64,000 nucleotides of DNA, taken from assembly GCA_039030295.1 (NCBI GenBank), contig JBCCEK010000003.1, positions 180-64,179 of the forward strand, read 5' to 3'. Shown piece by piece: positions 1-9,849 of this stretch; positions within the stretch are counted from its first letter, which is position 1, and every line of letters starts with the position of its first letter. Below the pieces are notes generated by a model. It searched no databases and was not told where the DNA came from. It was given only the letters and a program-made list of their open reading frames with translations. Source of the stretch: Myxococcota bacterium. GTDB lineage: Bacteria > Myxococcota_A > Polyangia > Polyangiales > Houyiibacteriaceae. The position numbers and the translations under genes are program-made.

Positions 1-194
1 ACAGGTCAATAGCCGCGCGCAGGCGCTGCCATGCGCAACCTGGAACATGCGGCGACCCGTGAGCTGGCTCGCCTTCTTTCGACCGGTTTGCAGACTGTGT
101 GCTACCGTTTGCAGGGCTTGGGCGAACTGGGGAGTAAGCGCCAAGCGGGGACGAGCCTCGTCTGCGAGGTTGGAAAACAGGAAGGGAAGAGGAT

Positions 195-671
195 ATGCGA
201 ATTCTCATGACGTTAATCTTGAGTGGTGCACTCATGGTCATCGGCTGCGGCGACGACGACAGCGGTGGGGGTGCGACGGGTGGTGCGGGTGCTTCCGGTG
301 GGACCGGCGGTGCGGGCGCGACTGGTGGTGCGGGCGCGACTGGCGGTGCAGGCGCGACCGGCGGGATGGGTGCCACAGGTGGTGGCGGCTCGAGCCTCAG
401 TGCGACGGTGACGTGGGCCCCCATCGGCGACTGCGCCCAGGATGAGGCCTCAGACTACGAGGTCGTAATTTCTGTTGAAAACGCGGTCGGCGACGTCACG
501 GTCGTTGGGAACGTCAACGGCTGTAGTCCGGCGCTCGATGGCCTTGTCAACACCGTCGGGTGTCCGAACTTCCGACCATACCTGAGCGACGTACAAGTCG
601 AGGACGACACTGGTCTCGTCGAGATCGAGTTCACGGTCGACGTTTGCGGCGAAGGCAGCGAGTCGTCCTAG
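195..671 (+). CDS. Hypothetical secreted lipoprotein with a Gly/Ala/Thr-rich linker
   Basis: 158-aa ORF. N-terminal signal peptide ends in a lipobox-like MVIGC. Purine-rich RBS-like GGAAGGGAAGAGGA lies just upstream. A low-complexity GGAGAT-type linker is followed by a small Cys-containing domain. No family recognised. Confidence 0.6.
   Translation: MRILMTLILSGALMVIGCGDDDSGGGATGGAGASGGTGGAGATGGAGATGGAGATGGMGATGGGGSSLSATVTWAPIGDCAQDEASDYEVVISVENAVGDVTVVGNVNGCSPALDGLVNTVGCPNFRPYLSDVQVEDDTGLVEIEFTVDVCGEGSESS
264..392 (+). repeat. Degenerate in-frame 18-bp tandem repeat encoding GGAGAT-like units
   Basis: The translation reads GGGATGGAGASGGTGGAGATGGAGATGGAGATGGMGATGGGG. Near-identical ggtggtgcgggcgcgact units are visible in the DNA. 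Confidence 0.6.
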
Positions 672-783
672 CAGCAGACTGAGAACGCGGTGGAAACGGC
701 GCCGAAAGGCGCCGTTTCTGTTGCAGCCCACCAACGAAGCGAACAAGGCTCACCAGGAAGGCGACACGAGGATCACACAGGCG

Positions 784-3117
784 ATGCGGCACGCGACTTG
801 GATACCATGGCTGACGGCGATGCTGATCGCGGGGTGTGCGGGCGCGGACCCGGTCGTGGATGATCCGCCGCCTCCCGACCCGACCCCTCCCGATCCGTCG
901 CCCACGCCGCCGGCCATCTTCGCCCCGCTCGGTGAGCCTCTTCCAACGCTCACGACGGAACAGCTCGCGGCCTTCGAGCGCGGCAGGGCGGTTGCGCTTC
1001 GGCAGTTCAACAAGGAGAGCGGCCTTGGCCCGGAGTTCAACGCGACGTTCTGCGCGGGGTGCCACGAGAAGCCCGTCATCGGCGGGGGCGCGAGCCACTA
1101 TCGCGACTTCATCTTGCTCGGCCTTCGGGCGCTCGACGATACGACCTTCCTCCGCGGCAAGAACGGTGTCCAACGTCAGTACTCTCTCGAAACAGGGCGC
1201 GATCCCTCCGATACCGAGGCCGACGTCACGGCGACCCGAAACCCGATTCCGTTCTTTGGGGCGGGGCTTCTCCTCGAGATTCCCGATAGCGAGATCCTTG
1301 CGTTGGAGGACCCGGAGGACGCCGACGGCGATGGCATCAGCGGCCGCGCGAATCTTGTCGACGGCGTCGTCGGACGTTTCGGACGCAAAGCGCAGACCAC
1401 GAGCCTCGAGTTGTTCATCCGAGGTCCGCTCTTCAATCACATGGGGGTCACCACCGAGCCGCTCCCCGCGTCTCGGCGAGCGGAGCTCCCGATGCAACTG
1501 TCGGACGAACTGGTGTTTGGATCGAAGCAGTCGGTTCTCCCCGATGAGCCTTTGCCGGACCTGGATGAGACCCCCGACCCCGAGCTCTCCGAAGACGAGC
1601 TCTTCGACCTGGTGTCGTTCTCGATGACCCTTGCGGCGCCCGAGCCCGACCCGGCGACGCCGCTCACCGAGCGCGGCAGCGCCCATTTTGTCGAGGCGGG
1701 GTGCACCGATTGCCACGTTCCGTCGCTCGAGGGGCCCCGCGGCCCCATCCCGCTGTACTCGGATCTCTTGCTGCACGACATGGGACCTGATCTCGCCGAT
1801 CAGTTCACCTTCGGGGACTCCGGGCCGAGCGAGTTTCGAACGCAACCGCTCTGGGGCGTGGTCGCGGCAGCCCCCTACCTCCACGACGGCCGCGCCGCGA
1901 CCTTGGACGAGGCGATTCGTTGGCACGGCGGCGAAGCGCAGGCGGCGGCGGATGCGTACATGGCGTCTGGTGAAGCGGCACAGGACGAGCTTCTGGCTTT
2001 CCTCGGATCGCTCGGCGGGGGTGCACAAGCGAGCGATGGCTTGCTGCCTCCCGACGCCCCGGTCGAGCCGGTGGGGAGCTACGGCGGTCCCGTGGCGCCG
2101 CTGTCGGACGACGCTCGCGCTTCTTTTGTCCGCGGACGCGCGATGTTCGATCGCGATTTCTCCTACACCGATGGCGTCGGGCCCGAGTTCAACGGGGACT
2201 CGTGCCGCGGTTGCCACTTCATGCCGACCATCGGTGGGGCGGGGCCTTCGGGCGTCGATGCCATGCGCCAAGGGATCGTCGACTCGCAGTCGGGCTTCGA
2301 GACCCCCGAATCGGGGACGGCGATTCTTCGACACGCGACCTTCATCGCGCCCGAACGACCCGAGCCGGACCCCCGGTCGAATGTGTTCGAGCCCCGCCAG
2401 ACACCCGTGGTCTTCGGCCTGGGGCTGATCGAGCGAATCCCGCGCCAGACCATCGAGGCGATGGCGGACCCCGACGACGACGACGGCGACGGTATCGCGG
2501 GACGCGCGCACGTTCTACCCGATGGCCGACTCGGTCGCTTTGGCTGGAAGGCCAACGTGCCAAGCGTCCGCGAGTTCGTTCGCGATGCGCTCAGCAACGA
2601 GCTCGGGATGACCGTCCCCGACGAACCTGGGCTGTCTTTTGGGCACTCGGCTGACCAAGATGACGTCTCGGATCCCGAGGCCTCGGTGGAGCTCGTCGAT
2701 GCCCTCGAGTCTTATCTGCAGCTCCTCGGGCCGCCTCCTCGGCGACTCTCCGATGAGACTGTGGAAGACCTGGGACAAGCATTGTTCGCGACCGTAGGAT
2801 GCGCTTCATGTCACGTGCCGACGTTATCGACTCAAGATGGTGAGCTCGTGCCGCTCTACAGTGACTTGCTGCTTCACGACGTGGCTGCCGAGGGTGCGGT
2901 CGGCATCGCGGAAGGCGACGCCGGCATCCGAGACTTTCGAACACCACCCCTCTGGGGCCTGTCGGAGACCACGCCCTACATGCATGATGGCCGCGCCTCG
3001 ACCGTCGAGGCCGCCATCGAGGCGCACGCGGGAGAAGCTACGGCGTCTCGCGATGCAGTACGGTCCCTCAGCGACACCGATCGCGCATCGCTCCTCGCCT
3101 TTCTTCAGTCGCTCTAG
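784..3117 (+). CDS. Tandemly duplicated DUF1111-type di-haem protein (four CxxCH sites), lipoprotein
   Basis: Haem-c motifs CAGCH, CTDCH, CRGCH and CASCH. Both halves share DGDGI(S/A)GRA, LYSDLLLHD, FRT.PLWG and PY(L/M)HDGRA blocks. The start was moved from TTG 721 to ATG 784, giving the signal MRHATWIPWLTAMLIAGC. Confidence 0.75.
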   Translation: MRHATWIPWLTAMLIAGCAGADPVVDDPPPPDPTPPDPSPTPPAIFAPLGEPLPTLTTEQLAAFERGRAVALRQFNKESGLGPEFNATFCAGCHEKPVIGGGASHYRDFILLGLRALDDTTFLRGKNGVQRQYSLETGRDPSDTEADVTATRNPIPFFGAGLLLEIPDSEILALEDPEDADGDGISGRANLVDGVVGRFGRKAQTTSLELFIRGPLFNHMGVTTEPLPASRRAELPMQLSDELVFGSKQSVLPDEPLPDLDETPDPELSEDELFDLVSFSMTLAAPEPDPATPLTERGSAHFVEAGCTDCHVPSLEGPRGPIPLYSDLLLHDMGPDLADQFTFGDSGPSEFRTQPLWGVVAAAPYLHDGRAATLDEAIRWHGGEAQAAADAYMASGEAAQDELLAFLGSLGGGAQASDGLLPPDAPVEPVGSYGGPVAPLSDDARASFVRGRAMFDRDFSYTDGVGPEFNGDSCRGCHFMPTIGGAGPSGVDAMRQGIVDSQSGFETPESGTAILRHATFIAPERPEPDPRSNVFEPRQTPVVFGLGLIERIPRQTIEAMADPDDDDGDGIAGRAHVLPDGRLGRFGWKANVPSVREFVRDALSNELGMTVPDEPGLSFGHSADQDDVSDPEASVELVDALESYLQLLGPPPRRLSDETVEDLGQALFATVGCASCHVPTLSTQDGELVPLYSDLLLHDVAAEGAVGIAEGDAGIRDFRTPPLWGLSETTPYMHDGRASTVEAAIEAHAGEATASRDAVRSLSDTDRASLLAFLQSL

Positions 3118-3235
3118 AGCAGGTCAAGCCCGGGCGACCCGCGGTGGGCCTGGAAGCCTCGATGTGCCGCGAGAAGCCCCGATGAACCGCACGAAGACCG
3201 GACCGGAGACGCGATCGACGGGAGCGTTGCGTCCG

Positions 3236-4342
3236 TTAGAGGTCGGGGTGCGGCCAGAGGGACAGGACGTGGCCCTGCTCTGGCGAAGCGTTACCCCGAA
3301 CGACCTGCTCGTAGGCTTCGCTAACCGCGTCGTGACCGTACCCGTGTCTCACTTCGAGCCACTGGTCCGTGGCGGTCGCAAAGGGTAACCATGCCTTGCC
3401 GATGCGTTCGAACAAACCCTGTGGGCCCCAATCGGCCGAGCGCTTCTGGATCTGGGCCGGGGCGAAGAAGAACTCCGGTTTGGCACCCGGAAGCGACTCG
3501 GCGCGGCCTCGTTCCGTCCAGTGCGTCCCCCCGACGAGGCAATCGTGTGCCATGTTCTGGCCGAAGTGCTCGTGTAGGCGTCGTGTCAGCTCGGCGTTGC
3601 CTGCCATGTCGATGGCGACCACCGACTTCGCCGCGTCGAGCGACTCGACCTCCTCGTAGGTGGCGACCCGATCGTAGAAACCAAGGCGCTCGACGAACGC
3701 GCGATTGCGCGCCGATGTGAGGCCCACGACTTCGCCGAGCGACCGTGACCGGAGCTGGAACGCGAGTGCGATCGAGGTCTTGCTCGACGCGCTGGTAATC
3801 ACCGCCTGCTTGGCGCCGAAGAAGCTGTTCTCTGCCAGGAAATCATCGATCAAGAACGACGTCATGAAGAGCGGCTTGAGGAGCATCTGCGCATCTTCGT
3901 ACTGTGGGTCGTAGAACGGGTCGTGTGCCACCGCGGTGTACTGGTTGTAGGCCGCGGGAAGAGCGCGGCGGTGCTCCGCATCATCGACCAGGCTTCCTGG
4001 TTTCACGCGACTGGCATCGACCACCAGATGAGTCGACATGGGGAAGTAGCCAAAGTACCGGTCCCCTTCCCGGACTTGGTCGTGGTTCGACCCCACCACA
4101 TCGGCGAACGCGAAACACGGAAGCCGACCCCAGCCGTCCTCCGCCGGAAAGAACCGCCAATACCCGATCATGTCTCCCGCGGTCGCGTAAGAGATGTTGT
4201 TGGCGGTCAGCGCGTATCGATCGACGCGAAAGATCACTTGGTCAGGGCTTGGCGCCTCTAGCGGGCGCTCGAAGAACCCGGTCTGCGTGTAATCGTCGCG
4301 GCGAACGGCGAAGTCGTGAATGCTGGTTGACGGCTCGATCAT
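3236..4342 (-). CDS. DUF2855-like protein (MDR-like fold, function unknown)
   Basis: 368-aa ORF with good GC3 coding bias. The N-terminal FAV.R.D...F and overall layout recall the DUF2855 family from memory. Its start lies only 15 bp from the divergent gene at 4358. Confidence 0.5.
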   Translation of the reverse strand: MIEPSTSIHDFAVRRDDYTQTGFFERPLEAPSPDQVIFRVDRYALTANNISYATAGDMIGYWRFFPAEDGWGRLPCFAFADVVGSNHDQVREGDRYFGYFPMSTHLVVDASRVKPGSLVDDAEHRRALPAAYNQYTAVAHDPFYDPQYEDAQMLLKPLFMTSFLIDDFLAENSFFGAKQAVITSASSKTSIALAFQLRSRSLGEVVGLTSARNRAFVERLGFYDRVATYEEVESLDAAKSVVAIDMAGNAELTRRLHEHFGQNMAHDCLVGGTHWTERGRAESLPGAKPEFFFAPAQIQKRSADWGPQGLFERIGKAWLPFATATDQWLEVRHGYGHDAVSEAYEQVVRGNASPEQGHVLSLWPHPDL

Positions 4343-4357
4343 CGCGTAGGGTATGCC

Positions 4358-5437
4358 ATGGCGTCCGGGAGAGTCGAAGGGACCGACTTGTCGAATGATT
4401 CACCCTTCGTGGTCACCGGGGCTTCCGGGTACGCGGCGTCGTGGATCGTCAACGAACTCCTGAAGCGCGGGGCGACCGTTCGCGCCACCGTGCGGGACCC
4501 TAGCAACGAGGAGAAGTGTCGGCACTTGGTCGTGATGGGCAACGAGCACCCTGGCACCCTCGAGCTCGCCAAAGCGGATCTCCTTGACCCCGGTGCGTTT
4601 GATCGGGTCGTCGACGGGGCGCGGGTCGTGATCCACACCGCGTCGCCATTCATCGTGGGCAAGGTGACCGACCCCCAGGCGCAGCTCGTCGAGCCCGCAC
4701 TCTCCGGGACGAAGAACGTACTGCAATCGGTCGAAAGGGCGACCTCCGTCGAGAAGGTCGTCGTCACTTCCTCGGTCGCGGCGATCTACGGGGATGCCGT
4801 CGAAGCGTCTCATGTTCCCGGTGGGCGGTTCACCGAGGAGCATTGGAATACGAGCAGCTCCGCCGATCACCAACCCTACAGCTACTCGAAGACGGTCGCC
4901 GAGCGGTCAGCCTGGGAGATGTGTAATGCCCAGGGGCGTTGGAAGCTCGCCACGATCAACCCGGGCTTCGTCCTCGGGCCGAGCAAGACCCCGCGTGCCG
5001 ACTCCGAGAGCATCAAGTTCATGCGCGATCTCATCCGTGGTCGCTACAAGTTCGGTGCACCGCCGCTTTCGTTCGGGATCGTCGACGTACGTGATGTGGC
5101 CACGGCGCATGTCGAAGCCGCGATTCGTCCTTTCGAGGGACGCGCGATCCTCGTGGCCGGTAGCCGAACCATCCTCGACATGGGGCTTGCCCTCCGGGCC
5201 CGCCTCGGAGCGAGTCGGCCGTTTCCAACGCGACCGATCCCGACGCCGCTGCTCTACCTGTTTGGCCCGCCCCAGGGTTTCTCTTGGAAGTTCCTCCGCG
5301 ACAACGCCGGTCATCCGATCGACTTCGACACGACTCGGAGCACCGACCAGCTTGGGATGCGCTATCGCCCGATCGACGACACACTGGCGGACCACGCCGA
5401 GCAGTTGATCGAGGCTCACGCCGCGCGTCAATCCTAG
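4358..5437 (+). CDS. NAD(P)-dependent extended SDR, dihydroflavonol/cinnamoyl-CoA-reductase-like aldehyde reductase
   Basis: VVTGASGYAASWIVNELLKRGATVRATVRDPSN Rossmann motif, HTASPF, and the catalytic YSYSK (YxxxK). Confidence 0.75.
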   Translation: MASGRVEGTDLSNDSPFVVTGASGYAASWIVNELLKRGATVRATVRDPSNEEKCRHLVVMGNEHPGTLELAKADLLDPGAFDRVVDGARVVIHTASPFIVGKVTDPQAQLVEPALSGTKNVLQSVERATSVEKVVVTSSVAAIYGDAVEASHVPGGRFTEEHWNTSSSADHQPYSYSKTVAERSAWEMCNAQGRWKLATINPGFVLGPSKTPRADSESIKFMRDLIRGRYKFGAPPLSFGIVDVRDVATAHVEAAIRPFEGRAILVAGSRTILDMGLALRARLGASRPFPTRPIPTPLLYLFGPPQGFSWKFLRDNAGHPIDFDTTRSTDQLGMRYRPIDDTLADHAEQLIEAHAARQS

Positions 5438-5463
5438 AGGTCTTCAAGCGTGAGCACGCTGGC

Positions 5464-6780
5464 CTACGGACAGGCCGCGGGCTTCTGTCCGTGCCCGAAC
5501 GCGATGAAGCGTATGGGGTGACTGCCGACGAACTTGTCAGCCGCCAACGTCTGCCAGTTCACACCATCGGTGCTTCGGTAGAACTCCTGGTCGCCGTACC
5601 AGACCTGCCATCCGCCGCGCACCGCAACGAGCGTTCCGTCGTTGCTGACGGCGACGGGGCCCAGCCTGAGGTTGCCCGGGGACGTGTTCGCGCTGCTCCA
5701 GGATGACCCGTTCGCGCTTCGGTAGAGCTTGCCGGACCCCCAAACCATGAACTCGGATCCGGTCCAGACGATCTGCGAGGTGAGCGTTCCGCCGATCCCG
5801 GTCGACGTCCACGTGTCGCCACCGTCGGTGGACCGGCATGCGATCGAGTCCGATCCTATGGCCACGATCGTCCCGTTGCCGTAGGCGAACCCTCCGTCGT
5901 TCTGCATGCCTCCGCCGCAGCTCGACGGGATCGAGGTCGGCAGCGACCAAGCGCGACCATCGGCGCTCACGGTGATCTCTGCGGAGGAGTCGCTTGCGGC
6001 CATGAGGAATCGACCCCCGTGGCTCGGGACGAAGCCGGAGCGACGGACATTCCACACGGTGAGTGCGGTATCGCCGGAGTCGTTCCACGTTGAGCCTTCG
6101 TCGTCGGAGTACCGCGCGGAGCGGCTGGCGGCGACGAGGCGCCCATTCCCGTAGTTCACACCGCCGAACGTCGTGCCCGACAAGGCGGTCTCCCAGTTGA
6201 CGCCGTTCCGGCTCCGCAGAACGCCTCCTGGCGTTCCCCAACCGAACGTCGCGAAGAACCACCCGTCACCCCACGTGATGCCGCGAGCGGCGCCGGCGTC
6301 GTGGTCGCAGTCGTACGGGCTGAAGCACCGAAGGCTGTCGTCGTTCGATTGGTTGCCCACCCACGAGCGCCCATCGTCGCAAGACACGACGGTCCTTCCC
6401 GCGTGCCCCTGCGCGACGAACATGGGGATCGACCCTTGCGGGGGCCGCGGCGATCCGCCTGATCCGCCGCTGCCCAGTCCAGGGTCGTCTGGATTGCCAC
6501 CAGCACCACCGGGCCCTGGGTCGATCGGGTCGCCGCCGCTTGCTCCCGGGTCGATCGGCTCGCCGGGATCCCCCGTACCGCCCGTCCCGGCGTTTCGTGC
6601 CCTTCCGTTAGGGTCGGTGTCGCCAGTCTCGGCGCCCCCACCAGCGCCCGATTCGCTCGGCGGAAGTTCGTCGCTGCCGCCCGAAAGTTCCCCGGAGCAT
6701 CCTCCTAACGCCATCGCTGCGATCACGATGCCGCTACAACCGAACCTGCGTACGAGGTTCCCCCAAACCACGTTGCTCAT
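5464..6780 (-). CDS. BNR/Asp-box repeat beta-propeller lipoprotein
   Basis: Repeated SxDxGxTW-type boxes (SCDDGRSW, YSDDEGSTW, RSTDGGDTW, RSANGSSW, RSTDGVNW). The start was moved to ATG 6780, giving a signal with lipobox ALGGC. A Gly/Pro/Asp-rich linker follows the signal. Confidence 0.7.
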   Translation of the reverse strand: MSNVVWGNLVRRFGCSGIVIAAMALGGCSGELSGGSDELPPSESGAGGGAETGDTDPNGRARNAGTGGTGDPGEPIDPGASGGDPIDPGPGGAGGNPDDPGLGSGGSGGSPRPPQGSIPMFVAQGHAGRTVVSCDDGRSWVGNQSNDDSLRCFSPYDCDHDAGAARGITWGDGWFFATFGWGTPGGVLRSRNGVNWETALSGTTFGGVNYGNGRLVAASRSARYSDDEGSTWNDSGDTALTVWNVRRSGFVPSHGGRFLMAASDSSAEITVSADGRAWSLPTSIPSSCGGGMQNDGGFAYGNGTIVAIGSDSIACRSTDGGDTWTSTGIGGTLTSQIVWTGSEFMVWGSGKLYRSANGSSWSSANTSPGNLRLGPVAVSNDGTLVAVRGGWQVWYGDQEFYRSTDGVNWQTLAADKFVGSHPIRFIAFGHGQKPAACP

Positions 6781-6845
6781 CGTGTCGACAGTTTCGCACG
6801 GTCGAACACATCCCCCCAAACCCGACCCCGGATGAAGACACCCGT

Positions 6846-9134
6846 TCAGGCGTTCGTCACACCAAACGACTGCCGAGGCAGGGCGTCGATCCGGTCGCGC
6901 GCGAGCCACACCAACAGCACCACCGAGAATGTGGCGAACAAGACCGCAGAGGCCAGCCAAAAATGAAGACCCCGATCATCGGTGAGCACGGTGAAGTACT
7001 GCACCCCACACATCGCAAGGAGCGCGATCCAAACCAGGGTGCCCGAGCGCGAAACGGCGGGATCTTCGCCTCCCTGCTCGACCGCGAGCATCGGTAGCAG
7101 CCACACGAAGTGACTGTAGTAGTTCGCCGGGTAGAAGATCACCGGGATCAGCATCAATCCGAGAAGGGCGCCTTGCACCGGCGTCGCGCGCCGGCCTCCA
7201 CCGATAACCAAGACCACCATGGCGACGATGGCGGCGACGAAGAGCGGAATGCGCTCCAGGAGGGTGCGGTAAGATGTTTCCCAGCCCGAGACCAAGAGTC
7301 GCAAGCTGACATGGTTGGCGTGTGTGCCCGACGAGAGTTGCCCGACCTTCCGGATCCACACCAACCAAGCATCGGCGGGGAGCACGATGATGGAGAAGCC
7401 GAAGAGGACGAGCACGCCGAGAGCCGCACCTCCGACAATCCGAATCCATGCGCGCTGCTCAGAAGCGATCGTCTGGATCGACGGGAGCCGCTTCTCGCGG
7501 CGCCAGTACTCGACGAGCCACCACCCCACTGGAACCGTAGCCCCGACGAGCGCGAGCGCCGGGAACGCACGGATCATCGCAGAGGCCGCCAGCAGCGCGC
7601 CTCCCAGCATGAACCGTTCTCGTTTCAGGGCGCAGAGCCCAAACGCGAGGTACGCCATCCAGTCGTGCCGTAGGGTCGCCCCGCCCCAGTTGCTCCCGTA
7701 CATGATGAAGTCGTTCGCCCCGAAAACGACCATACAGACGAACATCGTCCGCCATCCGAACGCGTACCCGATCAACACGAACGCGAGCAAGATCAACAAC
7801 GGGTCCAGCAACCCGGTCATGACGAAGGCCTCGTCGCTTGGTTCGAGCGCGTTGAACATCAGGTTTGCGGTAGACAGCCATACCGGCGTTGCGTTCCCGC
7901 CCATGTCGATGAGCGTGACCAGGTAGGTGTGGTCTCCCATGGTCTCCCGGAAGAACCCGGTGTCGCGTTTGTACTCGGCCCATCGCTCGGGAGAGAACCA
8001 ACTGGGCGCCTCCGCAATCGCGGCTTCTTGGTCGGCGACCGTCGTGAGACGGAGTGTATGGAGGTCTCGCATCGGCTTGCTGCCCTGCCGCGCGATCGAA
8101 GCTTCGTCCTTGCCCTCGAGATAGGCCGCCATATCTGCGGCGTAGATCCCGCTGTAACCGATCTCGTCGAAGTACTTGGCGGTCGTGTAGTACTGGCGAA
8201 GGTCGAGGTAGTGGGCGAACGTGTGGTCTTGCTTCTTCTGGTTGTAGAACTGCGGGTGTCCCAGGTTGTAGAACGCCATGAACGCCGTGAGCCCGCACAT
8301 GCCGAGAACGGCGAACAAGACAGCCCGGCTAGGCCTGACTCGCACGACGAGCCTGTCGAACCCCACTGCGAACGCCGCCACCAGTGCGACGGTCCCGCGG
8401 ACGAGCGAAACCTCGCGGCTCCCTGCAGGCCATTCGATCACGAGCTGGTTGAACAGATCGACGCCCGCGTAGATCGGCAGTGCGGCCGTCGCGAGCTTCC
8501 ACCACCAAGGGCTCCGGGCGAACGCGAGCAGGAGCCACGCCACCAGCGCAAGACCGAATAGGAGTGTCTTGCTCCGGAACGTGCGTCCCGGGACGTATCC
8601 AGACATCCGCGGGACGACGGGCGGTTCGGCTCGCGGCTCGCGGTACACGCGTAACTCGCTGATCGCGTACCGGTCGTCACCCGCCTTGGGCCGAACTCGA
8701 ATGTAGCGAGCTTCGGCGTCGAGCGACCCATTGAATCTCGAGCGGAAGCCGAGGCCCTTGGCCTCGGGAATCGTCCAGACCGTGTTGAACACCCTCCCAT
8801 CGTTCGAGACCTGAAGCTCGAAGCTATCGTTGTGATCAGCCACGATCCATGCCGCGCCGATGGGCGTGGGCTCGCCGAGATCGTACTGGACCGACCCACC
8901 TTTGCTAGTGAATCGGGCGCTCGGTGCATAGTCCCACGGACGACCCTCGGCGAGGACGTTGCTATCGGTCAGTACTTCGGCGTCGGTGACCCGGGCTGTT
9001 CGCGATGGCGTCATTCCTGCGAGAAGCCCTTGGTCGGGATCGTTGCCGGGGGCACACCCCAGGGCAGACCAGGCGATGATCGTCATCGCGAGCCACCACG
9101 ACCGCCCGACGTTTCGTTGTGTCGTCGCGAGCAT
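6846..9134 (-). CDS. Discoidin (F5/8 type C)-like domain fused to a large polytopic membrane domain
   Basis: Lipoprotein-type signal (SALGC) from ATG 9134. A roughly 150-aa domain ends in ARYIRVRPKAGDDRYAISELRVY, typical of F5/8-C. It is followed by at least 12 hydrophobic segments. The membrane domain family was not recognised. Confidence 0.6.
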   Translation of the reverse strand: MLATTQRNVGRSWWLAMTIIAWSALGCAPGNDPDQGLLAGMTPSRTARVTDAEVLTDSNVLAEGRPWDYAPSARFTSKGGSVQYDLGEPTPIGAAWIVADHNDSFELQVSNDGRVFNTVWTIPEAKGLGFRSRFNGSLDAEARYIRVRPKAGDDRYAISELRVYREPRAEPPVVPRMSGYVPGRTFRSKTLLFGLALVAWLLLAFARSPWWWKLATAALPIYAGVDLFNQLVIEWPAGSREVSLVRGTVALVAAFAVGFDRLVVRVRPSRAVLFAVLGMCGLTAFMAFYNLGHPQFYNQKKQDHTFAHYLDLRQYYTTAKYFDEIGYSGIYAADMAAYLEGKDEASIARQGSKPMRDLHTLRLTTVADQEAAIAEAPSWFSPERWAEYKRDTGFFRETMGDHTYLVTLIDMGGNATPVWLSTANLMFNALEPSDEAFVMTGLLDPLLILLAFVLIGYAFGWRTMFVCMVVFGANDFIMYGSNWGGATLRHDWMAYLAFGLCALKRERFMLGGALLAASAMIRAFPALALVGATVPVGWWLVEYWRREKRLPSIQTIASEQRAWIRIVGGAALGVLVLFGFSIIVLPADAWLVWIRKVGQLSSGTHANHVSLRLLVSGWETSYRTLLERIPLFVAAIVAMVVLVIGGGRRATPVQGALLGLMLIPVIFYPANYYSHFVWLLPMLAVEQGGEDPAVSRSGTLVWIALLAMCGVQYFTVLTDDRGLHFWLASAVLFATFSVVLLVWLARDRIDALPRQSFGVTNA

Positions 9135-9139
9135 GCGCA

Positions 9140-9685
9140 CTACTCTGCTCGCCAGTAGTCGATGCGCCCGTGGAACTGCCCATCCTCGTCAGCCCAGACC
9201 GTGTGACGCTCGTTCGGTCGCGTATGAGGGGTGTCCGTGCGCCAGACGCGCCATCGCGCATAGGTACACTCGTGCCGTTGTCGGAGGGCGTCGATCGTCG
9301 CAGTATCGTCTCCGTCGCGTGGCACATCCGGGCCCGTCGGTGCCCCTACGCAGCGAACTTCACTGCTGTTGAGGGAGACCGGAGGCATCTTTGCCGGGGC
9401 GTCTTCCCCGACCTTGCGGTAGGGCCAGGTGTCGACCCAGGCCGCGGCTTCGAGCGCGGTCGCGGGGCGCGCCCGCTGGTCGTCGGCCATCGGTTGCTCG
9501 AGGTTTGCCACCAACGATGCTTCGGTGCAGCAGGGGGTTGCCACCGCCAGGAACCCCTCCAGCTCGGGCTGCCACGTTTCTACCTCTGGCTCCTGCCGAA
9601 ACGACATGCCGACGCCGAACCCGAGGGCCACCGTCAGGACGGCCAACGCGATCCCGAGGACCACACGTCTGTTGGGTTCCGCCAT
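9140..9685 (-). CDS. Hypothetical membrane-anchored protein
   Basis: 181-aa ORF with one N-terminal TM (VVLGIALAVLTVALGFGVG). Its stop lies within a few nt of the downstream gene start at 9134/9140, suggesting co-transcription. Confidence 0.5.
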   Translation of the reverse strand: MAEPNRRVVLGIALAVLTVALGFGVGMSFRQEPEVETWQPELEGFLAVATPCCTEASLVANLEQPMADDQRARPATALEAAAWVDTWPYRKVGEDAPAKMPPVSLNSSEVRCVGAPTGPDVPRDGDDTATIDALRQRHECTYARWRVWRTDTPHTRPNERHTVWADEDGQFHGRIDYWRAE

Positions 9686-9776
9686 GATTTCGACTTACTA
9701 GCGCAATCGCAGGCTTCAAGACAACGCGGAAAAGAGCGCGTTTTTTGCACCGGTTCACGTGGGCGGATCATGTCGG

Positions 9777-9803
9777 TGTCACAAGGCTCCTTCCCATCTC
9801 GTC
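9777..9803 (+). promoter_or_regulatory. ECF41-type promoter TGTCACA-N16-CGTC
   Basis: TGTCACA at 9777-9783, exactly 16 nt, then CGTC at 9800-9803, 47 nt upstream of ATG 9850. This matches the published ECF41 target-promoter signature. Confidence 0.65.
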
Positions 9804-9849
9804 TTCCCCTCAGCGGCCCGAAACGGGCCCTGAAGAGGAGAACACCGAG

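Noticed and set aside
47-445. 132-aa ORF at the window start
   Set aside because: It is Arg/Trp/Cys-rich and overlaps the better-supported lipoprotein ORF at 195-671, which has a signal peptide and an RBS.
631-2511. 626-aa ORF antisense to the DUF1111 gene
   Set aside because: It is Arg/Pro/Gly-rich with no recognisable motif. It lies fully inside a gene with four CxxCH sites and clear paralogous structure. This is a typical high-GC antisense artefact.
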